DNA of 64,000 bases from an uncultured Planctomycetales bacterium (GTDB lineage: Bacteria > Planctomycetota > Phycisphaerae > UBA1845 > PWPN01): NCBI GenBank assembly GCA_964384465.1, contig CAYLLT010000020.1, positions 2,488 to 66,487 of the forward strand, given 5' to 3'. Both the position numbers and the translations under genes were made by a program. This document shows positions 55,587-64,000 of the stretch, in pieces (position 1 is the stretch's first letter; every line of letters starts with the position of its first letter). A model generated the notes under the pieces. It saw only the letters and a list, made by a program, of their open reading frames with translations, made no database searches and was not told the DNA's origin.

Positions 55587-56588
55587 TCAAATCATTGCCC
55601 CCTTCTCTACAAGACTACAGGCCACCGCAATGCGTTCTGCGAGTTGCTTGAATTGCTCGTAGCACTCTGTGACTGCAGCTCCGTGGCCGCCGATCGCCCC
55701 ATCCGCAGGTTTGAGAAAAAACATCGGCTTTCTCGCATCTTGGGCAAGCGGCATGAGGCTCTTGAAATGCTTGATCATGGCCAGTTGATGTTGTTCCTCA
55801 GAAAGTAACTGCTCACCAAGCACTTCGTGCACATAGGTTTCCGGAATTCGATCTGCCCATCTTTTGTAAGCTTTTACCGGGCGATTGCTGCGAACCGAGG
55901 GGTTTAGTACCACATATCCGATTGGATGCATATCTCCACTCGGTACGATCAGGTCGGCAGGCACCGTATTGTAGGATTTTCTCTTACTCCACCCTTCGCG
56001 CCAGTCGCGCAGCGTGGGACCGAGGTTGCGCAAACCCTGTAAAGAGAATAAGTCTGCGCCGAGTGGAATGACAACAAAATCGCTGGCGACGAGAGCGGCA
56101 CGATTCATTGCTCCGATGTTCGGCCCCACATCTATGAGTGCGACATCAGCTTGACATTTCTTCCCGGCCTCGACGGCAATGCGGTAGAAAGCTGTCATGA
56201 CGCGGAAAGCATCCGCTGCATCTGGTCGTATATCACTCTGGCAATCTCGCCATGCTTGTGAGAGGCGATCCTCGAACGCGCTGAGCCCCAGGTCGCCGGG
56301 GATGAGACTGAGCCCGTCCTCAAGCGATCTGGGCTGAATTGACTGGATATCACCAAGGCGTTCACTCATCTGGTCAATCGCACCAAGGATTGTGTTCGGA
56401 TGAGAGCCATCAGGCCACAGCTTCTCGAGTTCGTCCTCTTCGAGAAACGCGCTGGTTAAATTCGATTGGGGATCCAGATCGATAGTAATCACCCGATGTC
56501 CCAGTTCTCGGAACATCCACGCAAGATGATAGACGAGGGACGTTTTTCCCACACCGCCTTTGTTATTAAAAAACGTGATAGTCTTCAC
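55587..56588 (-). CDS. ParA/MinD-superfamily ATPase with deviant Walker A and a ~120-aa C-terminal extension
   Basis: Motifs are FFNNKGGVGKTSLVYHLA, TIDLDPQSNLT and DVALIDVGPNIGAMNRAALVASDFVVIPLGADLFSLQGL. The GTG start overlaps the stop of the upstream gene (GTGA). Confidence 0.8.
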   Translation of the reverse strand: MKTITFFNNKGGVGKTSLVYHLAWMFRELGHRVITIDLDPQSNLTSAFLEEDELEKLWPDGSHPNTILGAIDQMSERLGDIQSIQPRSLEDGLSLIPGDLGLSAFEDRLSQAWRDCQSDIRPDAADAFRVMTAFYRIAVEAGKKCQADVALIDVGPNIGAMNRAALVASDFVVIPLGADLFSLQGLRNLGPTLRDWREGWSKRKSYNTVPADLIVPSGDMHPIGYVVLNPSVRSNRPVKAYKRWADRIPETYVHEVLGEQLLSEEQHQLAMIKHFKSLMPLAQDARKPMFFLKPADGAIGGHGAAVTECYEQFKQLAERIAVACSLVEKGAMI

Positions 56589-57772
56589 AAGCGTCCTCGA
56601 ACGATGGCAGCAAAATGGTTTGTACCCACGTCAAACTCGATGGGAGGACTGTTGTTACGATCCATTTCTTTCTGGGCGATCGCAATGCCTCTGCCAAAGC
56701 GATTGACGAATCCGAGAATCTTCGCGGCCTCGGCCAGAATCGGATTCCTATAAGATGTACCATATGGAAAGTTATCTAACGAAAGGTCACCGTAAAGTGA
56801 TCCAGGATTATGAATCTCAAGCCGATCGTCAAAATGGTTGATCATGGTGGGAGTTGTGGAGCCCTCATAATTACGATGGATTACGGCGTTCATGAACAAT
56901 TCGTGAAGCGCGATTGACGGGAATGCGTATACCGTCGCATCTGTTAAGTCGTTCCTGCGGACGGGGCGCGGTTCCATTAGGCGCTGCGCGAGTAGGTCTA
57001 ACTCTCGCATTACAAGCAGTAGATCGCCGGTGATCCGTGATTCGGCCACAACGTCGTCTCCCGCGGAGGGACCGTCGTAGTGAACATATTGTATGTATGC
57101 TCCAGGGAAAAAAGAGAGGGCATCTTTGCCAAACAGCAAGATAGCGGCGTTTGTCGGGCGATCAATGCGTGTGTCGTACAGCCGCAAAGCTGCCAATTGC
57201 TCTTCGGTTGTTCGTTGGTTCTCATCCAGCACTTCACGCGCGACGGCATTCGGCAAATAGTTGAACTGGAAAAGATCGAGAGACAGGTCGTCGAGTGTCG
57301 CTTCAGGGCAGGCGCGCGCATCCCACGTTCTGGCGCGATCGATCCGGCGCTCGGATAACCGGCGTTCTTCCTCGATTGTCGCAACGCCCCGCCGCGGACC
57401 GACGCGGATATAGGTGATACCTTTATAGCGCACGGGTGGTGAGGTCGAAGGGAACACCTCCACTACGGCGACGGCAATGCCCTGAAACTCAATCTTATCC
57501 ACAAACATCAGTGGCTGGGGAATGATCCGGCCGTTATCCCGGTGGGACGCGAGGTTCACGAGTAATTGTTCGGTAATGGGCACTCCCGTAGGTTGGCCTT
57601 TGTCGTCTACGCCGATGATCAGATAGCCGGGTAGCCGATGATCGGGCAAGTCATTCGCGAAAGCACATATCGCTTCACAAAACTTGTCGGTGTCCGAGAC
57701 AGACTGTGTGCGTTCAACACGGTCTGTTTCACACTCCCGAAGAAGTTGTTCCAGTTGTGCGGAGTCAATCAT
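56585..57772 (-). CDS. Schlafen/AlbA_2-type putative DNA-binding domain fused to an HATPase_c_4-like ATP-binding domain
   Basis: The N-terminus ETDRVERTQSVSDTDKFCEAICAFANDLPDHRLPGYLIIGVDDKG...VRYKGITYIRVG is AlbA_2-like. The C-terminus LHELFMNAVIHRNYEGS...LEIHNPGSLYG...SYRNPILAEAAKILGFVNRFGRGI is HATPase_c_4-like. The ATG lies 24 nt after the icd stop. Confidence 0.7.
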   Translation of the reverse strand: MIDSAQLEQLLRECETDRVERTQSVSDTDKFCEAICAFANDLPDHRLPGYLIIGVDDKGQPTGVPITEQLLVNLASHRDNGRIIPQPLMFVDKIEFQGIAVAVVEVFPSTSPPVRYKGITYIRVGPRRGVATIEEERRLSERRIDRARTWDARACPEATLDDLSLDLFQFNYLPNAVAREVLDENQRTTEEQLAALRLYDTRIDRPTNAAILLFGKDALSFFPGAYIQYVHYDGPSAGDDVVAESRITGDLLLVMRELDLLAQRLMEPRPVRRNDLTDATVYAFPSIALHELFMNAVIHRNYEGSTTPTMINHFDDRLEIHNPGSLYGDLSLDNFPYGTSYRNPILAEAAKILGFVNRFGRGIAIAQKEMDRNNSPPIEFDVGTNHFAAIVRGRL

Positions 57773-57796
57773 TTTCGTACGCGGTATTCTATCACA

Positions 57797-59125
<1,329 letters not shown>

Positions 59126-59259
59126 TGCTTTCCTCGCCACGTCTCGTGAAACGCAAATAGCCGCATGCTTTAGCCTGCGCGGTGCTGTCGCCGAGGAGAA
59201 CGTTCCCCACTGCGGGATCGCCGCGCGGGTTAAAACCCGCGGCTGGATATTCAAATGGA

Positions 59260-60369
59260 CTATAGCAATCCGACTAATGTTCCGCAAACCGTTTCCACTT
59301 CGCGCTCGGTGAGATGCCCGTGGAATGGCAGAGCGATGGTGCGATCCGAGAGGGCTTCGCAGATGGGGAAATCGCCGGTTTTGTGGCCGAACTGCTCGAC
59401 GTAAAACGGCTGGAGATGGATCGGCGTGAAATAGTTGCTACAGCCGATGCCTTTCTCACGCAGCGCGATCAGGATGCGGTCGCGGTCGGCGCGCGTGTAG
59501 CGATCGTCGAGGCGGACCACCATCACGAACGGACTGATGACGCAATCGGGGTGGATCTTTTGCAAACGGATGCGGTTATCGCCGCCGAGCCGCTCGACGT
59601 AATAACCGGCGACGCGGCGGCGGTTCGCGAGAATCTCCTCGATCCGATTCATCTGGGCGATGCCCAGCGCGCAATTGATCTCGCTCAGTCGGAAGTTGTA
59701 ACCCAGCCGCTCGTGTGCCAGCCAGCCGCCGCCTTCGCCGCGGCCTTGATTACGCATTGAGACCACCCGCTTGTGCAGCTTCTGGTCGTCCGTGACGATC
59801 ATGCCGCCTTCACCGGTGGTCACCTGCTTATTCGGATAGAAGCCAAATACGCCGACTTCACCCAGCGCGCCCGCCTTGCGGCCCTTGTATTCCGCGCCGA
59901 GCGCCTCGCACGAATCTTCGATGACCCGCAGCTTCCGCTGCCGCGCCAGCTCCAGAATCGGACCCATCTCCGCCGGCTGGCCAAAAACGTCAACCGGCAG
60001 GATCGCCCGGGTCCGCGGCGTAATGGCCCGCGCGATGCGGTTCGGATCGATGTTCCAAGTGTCCGGGTCGATGTCCACAAACACGGGCCGTGCCCGCTCG
60101 AACAGAATGCAGTTCGCCGAAGCGATGAACGAGAAGGGCGTGGTGATGACCTCGTCGTCCGGCCCGATCTCCATCGCCCGGATGCACAGGTGCAGGCCGC
60201 TGGTGCCGCTGTTCACCGCCGCCGCATATTTCGTGCCGGTATGGGCGGCCAGCAGCCGCTCGAACTCGACCAGCCGCGGGCCCAGCGAAAGCTGATCGCT
60301 GAGCGTGGCCTCGCCCACCGCGCGGCGTTCGGCGTCCGTGATATCCGGGCGAGAGAGCGGAATGTCCAT
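59260..60369 (-). CDS. DegT/DnrJ/EryC1/StrS family PLP-dependent sugar aminotransferase
   Basis: It begins [18 protein letters not shown]. Further motifs are [11 protein letters not shown] and [19 protein letters not shown] (PLP lysine context). The ATG at 60369 is preceded by GGAGG. Confidence 0.85.
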   Translation of the reverse strand: MDIPLSRPDITDAERRAVGEATLSDQLSLGPRLVEFERLLAAHTGTKYAAAVNSGTSGLHLCIRAMEIGPDDEVITTPFSFIASANCILFERARPVFVDIDPDTWNIDPNRIARAITPRTRAILPVDVFGQPAEMGPILELARQRKLRVIEDSCEALGAEYKGRKAGALGEVGVFGFYPNKQVTTGEGGMIVTDDQKLHKRVVSMRNQGRGEGGGWLAHERLGYNFRLSEINCALGIAQMNRIEEILANRRRVAGYYVERLGGDNRIRLQKIHPDCVISPFVMVVRLDDRYTRADRDRILIALREKGIGCSNYFTPIHLQPFYVEQFGHKTGDFPICEALSDRTIALPFHGHLTEREVETVCGTLVGLL

Positions 60370-60536
60370 CGAGTCCTCCAGGCACCGGTTCAGGGTCAAA
60401 ACCGCTGCATTGTAGCGTTACGTTAAATAAGAAGAAGAGCACGGCACCCAATTTAACGGGAACCACCGGAAGCCCACCGGCGTCTAAGCTATTAGTCAAT
60501 TGGTCCGAGGCGGGTTCAATTTCGGGAGGTGATCCC

Positions 60537-62717
60537 ATGTCCACGCGTCCTAATATCTCGACATCGCGGTCGCTCGTTGCCGCCGGCGCGGCACTCTTGC
60601 TCCTGAGCACATCTGTGCGGGCGCAGATCATCATCGACCGGCGGCCGACCATCATCGTGCCGCAGATGCTCGAGATCAGCGAAATAACCGTCGATGCCCA
60701 GGTCCGCGAGCAGGCGGCCCAAGTACAGGTCACGCAGGTGTTCCGCAACACCGGCTCGGTCGTGCTCGAAGCGGAATACTTTTTCCCGCTGCCGGAGGAG
60801 TCCGCGGTGCAGGACGTGGTGCTGCTGGTGGACGGCAAAGAAATCCCCGGCCGCATCCTGCCGCAGGACGAGGCCCGGCGCATATATGAAGAGATCGTCC
60901 GCAGCAAGCGCGACCCGGCTTTGCTGGAGTACATGGGCCGCGGTCTCTTCCGCACCAGCGTGTTCCCGATCCCGCCGGGTCAGTCGCGAACTGTGACCAT
61001 GCGGACGACATATCTCTGCCGGCGCGATCGCGACCTGGTCGAATTCATGTATCCTCTCTCGACACAGAAGCACAGCAGCAAACCGGTCGGCCGCACCGCC
61101 GTCACCGTCAATATCGAGACCAAGGAGCCGCTCAAAACCGTTTACAGCCCATTGCCCGGCGTGGTCATCGAGCGGCCGAACGACCGCAAGGCGATTGCCC
61201 GCTACGAGCAGCGACAGAGCGTCCCCGCCGGCGATTTCCGCCTGTTCTACGGGCTGGCCGATGGCGCGGTCGGCGCGACCATCCTGAGCTACCGGCCGAG
61301 CGATGGCGATGATGGCTATTTCCTGCTGCTGGCCAGCCCGGCCGTGAAATCGGACCGTTCGCAGCCGATCGCCAAGACAGTGGTCTTCGTGCTCGACCGC
61401 TCCGGCTCGATGGCCGGCAAAAAGATCGAGCAGGCCCGCGACGCGCTGCGCTTCGTGCTGAATAATTTACGCGAGGGCGACCTCTTCAACATCGTCGTTT
61501 ACGAGTCGCAGGTGGAGACGTTCAAGCCGGAGCTTCAGGCGTTCACGCCGCAGACGCGGGCGGCCGCGCAGTCGTTCGTGGATAACATCCGGCCGGGCGG
61601 CAGCACCAACATCGACGAGGGGCTCAAGACGGCCCTGAACATGCTCCAGGACAAGGAGCGGCCCAACTACGTGCTGTTCCTCACCGACGGTCTGCCCACG
61701 GCGGGCGAGCAGCGCGAAACCGCCATCGCCGATAACGCGAAGGCGTACAACAAGGCCGGCGCCCGGATCTTCGCGTTCGGCGTCGGTTACGACGTCAACT
61801 CGCGCCTGCTCGATCGCCTGAGCGGCGGCAACGGCGGCATCAGTGAGTATGTCAAACCGGAGGACGACCTGGAGGCGGCGGTATCCCGGCTCTATTCGCG
61901 GCTGAGCAGCCCGGTGTTGACCGGTATTCACGTCGAAGTCGCAGGCAGCGACATCAACCGCACATATCCGAAGGATCTGCCCGACCTGTTCGAGGGCGGT
62001 CAGCTCGTCTGGACCGGCCGATACCGGCAATCGGGGCCGGCCAAGGTGGCGCTGTCCGGCAAAATCGGGCAGCAGGATTTCCGGCTCAAGGTCGAAGCTG
62101 ATCTGGCGGCGGCCAACCGCGGCGTGAGCCATGCGTTCGTCGAGCGCCTCTGGGCAACGCGGCGGATCGGCTCGATCATCGACGAGATCGACCTGCGAGG
62201 CAAAAACCAGGAGCTGATCGACGAGCTGGTCGCACTCAGCAAAAAATACGGCATCCTGACGCCGTACACGGCATTCCTGGCCGATGAGCGCGTCCCGCTG
62301 GCGGCCAAAGCCGAGCAGCTCAGCCGGGCCAACGAAGCGAGCGACAAATTGGGACAAGCATACGGCCGGGAGGGTTTCGCCCAGCGGCAGTACAAGGCGG
62401 GATTGATGCAGTCGAGCGCCGCGCCGGCCACTCCTGCGCTACAGTTTGCTGGTGCTGATGGCAGCAAGGAGACACCCGTCACCACCATGCGTCAGATCGC
62501 CAGCAAGACGTTCTATCGTCGGGACGGCCGCTGGATCGATTCGACCGTCACGCCCGAAGAGGAAGCCAAGGCCGTGGTCGTCGAGCAGTTTACCGACGAT
62601 TATTTCCGCCTGGCCCGCGCGCAATCGGCCGATCTCAATCAATATCTGAACTTCGATGAGGAGGCGACCGTCAAACTCGGCGACCGCGTGTACCGCATCA
62701 CACAGCAAAAGAGATGA
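60537..62717 (+). CDS. Secreted VIT + von Willebrand factor A domain protein
   Basis: The ATG is preceded by GGGAGGTG. The VIT region reads QVQVTQVFRNTGSVVLEAEYFFPLPEESAVQDVVLLVDGKEI...GLFRTSVFPIPPG. The vWA MIDAS motif is VVFVLDRSGSMAGKKI. LFLTDGLPT is also present. Confidence 0.85.
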   Translation: MSTRPNISTSRSLVAAGAALLLLSTSVRAQIIIDRRPTIIVPQMLEISEITVDAQVREQAAQVQVTQVFRNTGSVVLEAEYFFPLPEESAVQDVVLLVDGKEIPGRILPQDEARRIYEEIVRSKRDPALLEYMGRGLFRTSVFPIPPGQSRTVTMRTTYLCRRDRDLVEFMYPLSTQKHSSKPVGRTAVTVNIETKEPLKTVYSPLPGVVIERPNDRKAIARYEQRQSVPAGDFRLFYGLADGAVGATILSYRPSDGDDGYFLLLASPAVKSDRSQPIAKTVVFVLDRSGSMAGKKIEQARDALRFVLNNLREGDLFNIVVYESQVETFKPELQAFTPQTRAAAQSFVDNIRPGGSTNIDEGLKTALNMLQDKERPNYVLFLTDGLPTAGEQRETAIADNAKAYNKAGARIFAFGVGYDVNSRLLDRLSGGNGGISEYVKPEDDLEAAVSRLYSRLSSPVLTGIHVEVAGSDINRTYPKDLPDLFEGGQLVWTGRYRQSGPAKVALSGKIGQQDFRLKVEADLAAANRGVSHAFVERLWATRRIGSIIDEIDLRGKNQELIDELVALSKKYGILTPYTAFLADERVPLAAKAEQLSRANEASDKLGQAYGREGFAQRQYKAGLMQSSAAPATPALQFAGADGSKETPVTTMRQIASKTFYRRDGRWIDSTVTPEEEAKAVVVEQFTDDYFRLARAQSADLNQYLNFDEEATVKLGDRVYRITQQKR

Positions 62718-62720
62718 TCA

Positions 62721-62860
62721 GAGCCCGGAGCGCAAGCGACGGGTTTCGCGCGGTAAAGCTACGACCAGAGCGCTCCCATATCAATGGACGAGATGTCTTG
62801 TAGAGCCCGAAGCGCAAGCGAGGGTTTGTGGCAGAAAACCCTCGCTTGCGCTTCGGGCTC
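62721..62860. repeat. REP-like element: perfect 25-bp-stem hairpin plus an upstream half-copy
   Basis: GAGCCCGAAGCGCAAGCGAGGGTTT (62803-62827), an 8-nt loop, then AAACCCTCGCTTGCGCTTCGGGCTC (62836-62860). A half-copy GAGCCCGGAGCGCAAGCGACGGGTTT is at 62721-62746. The element sits between convergent genes. Confidence 0.8.
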
Positions 62861-62889
62861 CATCGTCCACTGACTTGGGAACCGCTTTA

Positions 62890-64000
62890 TTATTTCTGAC
62901 TGCGCGTTTGTTCGAGCGTCAGGTCCGACGGCCGGCTGTTATCCAAGAGCAGCTTGACCAGCGCGCTGCGCCGATCGAGCTTCCACGCCGACACCAGCAC
63001 CGGATATGCATCATCGCGGTGCCCGGTGAAATACAGCACGTAGCCCAGCACGATGAGCCGGTCCATATTGGCGGGGGCGTGCTGGACGGCCTCCTGCAAT
63101 GTCGAAAGCTGCTGATCGAAATCGCTCCGTTGCTTGTAATCATCGCGGATATCGAATGACAGTAAAGCGATGTTCGGCTGGAGCTCGAACGCGCGACGCA
63201 GATATGGCACGGCTTCCTGATAGCGGCCGACGGCGAACAGTGCGTGCGCGGCGTAGATCTTCGCCGACGGATCGCCCTGGTGCGTATCCGCGGCGAGACG
63301 AAATGCGTCGGCGGCTTCGCGATAGCGCCCGTTGCGGAAGAAATCGAGCCCGCGGGTCAGATGCGTCGCGAAGTGCTGAAGGTTGGACTCCGTCCGTGCG
63401 TTCGACCGCTCGGTGAAGTAGCCGTAGTCGAACCCGCGGTTGAAGCCGAAGCGATAGAAGTCCCCGCCGTAACCATCATCCAATTCATACTCCAGCTCTT
63501 GATTCCCGTACCCGTACCGGCCCGGCTGGCCGCCGAAATACCGATAGTTGCTGAAGTCCCGGTCATGCCTGGAGAGCTGCCCGCCGCCCGGCTCGTAATA
63601 GTACGGATACGGAAACGGGTAGGGGTACGATCCGTAGATCATGCGTTCCGATTCGAATGCGGGCCGCGATGTCGCTCCGGCATCGGGGAACGCTTTGCGA
63701 AGTTCCTCATTGGTCGGGCCGTTCGAGCTCGATCGGCCGTTGGCGGATTTGCGTGCCTTGCGGGCGGGGTCGCCGTTGCCGGCGACGGTACGCGCGCCGC
63801 TGCCGACCGGACCCGTGCCTCGTTTTCGCGGGACGACATAAAGCTGGTGCATCGCCTCCTGCACGGCCCCGGGCTTGCCGATCGCCGGGGGGTCCTTTGA
63901 ATCGGCATCCCCGGTCCTGCCCGGCGAAGCCGCGGAAGCGGATTCATCCTTCGGCTGGGACGATTCGGCCGGCTCATCGGCGTAAACCGATGGCCCGACA
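62890..64000 (-). CDS. TPR-repeat protein with a Tyr/Gly/Pro-rich low-complexity N-terminal region; possibly 5'-partial
   Basis: TPR-like units include GRYREAADAFRLAADTHQGDPSAKIYAAHALFAVGRYQEAVPYLRRAFELQP. The ORF-track start (GTG at 63864) is not forced. My translation shows the same frame staying open to the right window edge. Confidence 0.55.
   Translation of the reverse strand, partial: VGPSVYADEPAESSQPKDESASAASPGRTGDADSKDPPAIGKPGAVQEAMHQLYVVPRKRGTGPVGSGARTVAGNGDPARKARKSANGRSSSNGPTNEELRKAFPDAGATSRPAFESERMIYGSYPYPFPYPYYYEPGGGQLSRHDRDFSNYRYFGGQPGRYGYGNQELEYELDDGYGGDFYRFGFNRGFDYGYFTERSNARTESNLQHFATHLTRGLDFFRNGRYREAADAFRLAADTHQGDPSAKIYAAHALFAVGRYQEAVPYLRRAFELQPNIALLSFDIRDDYKQRSDFDQQLSTLQEAVQHAPANMDRLIVLGYVLYFTGHRDDAYPVLVSAWKLDRRSALVKLLLDNSRPSDLTLEQTRSQK

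Larger units (their letters stand above)
55523..57796. other. Low-GC islet between the HEAT-repeat gene and icd
   Basis: Hand counts of four 60-nt lines inside the islet (55921, 56761, 56821, 57061) give 37-52% G+C. Flanking lines 55201 and 58081 give 65% and 75%. Confidence 0.7.

Noticed and set aside
55587-56588. The ParA-like gene might be an ordinary chromosome or plasmid partition ATPase.
   Set aside because: There is no parB or centromere-like repeats. The gene is translationally coupled to an AlbA_2-type gene and has an atypical C-terminal extension. The surrounding DNA is chromosomal housekeeping sequence.

Overview
A 64-kb high-GC bacterial chromosomal segment. My hand counts give about 62-75% G+C in most genes. 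No rRNA, CRISPR array, transposase or integrase is visible. The gene content points to a Planctomycetota/PVC-type genome: a PEP-CTERM tail, dockerin-like modules, an Alternative Complex III plus A2-type caa3 oxidase cluster, and many short palindromic REP-like elements. This taxonomy is inference only.

Layout, left to right:
- 1-11952, all minus strand: a block of giant secreted proteins. It holds a partial cadherin/Ig-like protein, a PQQ-type sugar dehydrogenase fusion, a DUF4838-like protein, and an S8 subtilase carrying nine HYR-like repeats. The last two share a dockerin-like tail.
- 12.4-14.1 kb: an ORF6N/KilA-N-like gene and a higBA toxin-antitoxin pair with a recognisable promoter/operator.
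- 14.4-19.4 kb: fused indolepyruvate:ferredoxin oxidoreductase, an orphan small transcription unit, a GNAT acetyltransferase, and tRNA(CAT).
- 19.6-21.9 kb: a glycoside-hydrolase-like gene.
- 22.0-34.4 kb: actABCDEF, a small membrane protein, SCO1 and caa3 oxidase subunits II/I/III/IV. Most junctions are translationally coupled.
- 34.6-36.6 kb: a lower-GC trio of an excisionase-like HTH, an FGE-sulfatase protein with PEP-CTERM, and a secreted PLD/Nuc nuclease.
- 36.7-47.9 kb: a glycan-utilisation-like cluster with two MFS transporters, interrupted by a small family of membrane zinc-ribbon proteins.
- 48.1-55.5 kb: tRNA-Asp and housekeeping genes (methyltransferase, yjbQ, mnmA, DinB, TetR, M24 peptidase, HEAT-repeat protein).
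- 55.5-57.8 kb: a sharply low-GC two-gene islet inserted directly behind icd.
- 57.8-64.0 kb: icd, a DegT-type aminotransferase, a VIT-vWA protein and a partial TPR protein.

The best candidate for an undescribed system is the low-GC islet. It pairs a Schlafen/AlbA_2-type ATP-binding protein with a ParA-like ATPase, and its far edge carries a possible decayed copy of the icd 3' end.

Other points worth following:
- the orphan promoter / 43-codon ORF / terminator unit;
- the zinc-ribbon membrane protein family with recombination scars;
- heptamer-repeat elements inserted in frame into mnmA and into a hydrolase gene;
- the shared Cys-rich dockerin-like tail;
- the 255/510-bp HYR tandem array.

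All functional calls come from motif recognition by eye. No database search was run.
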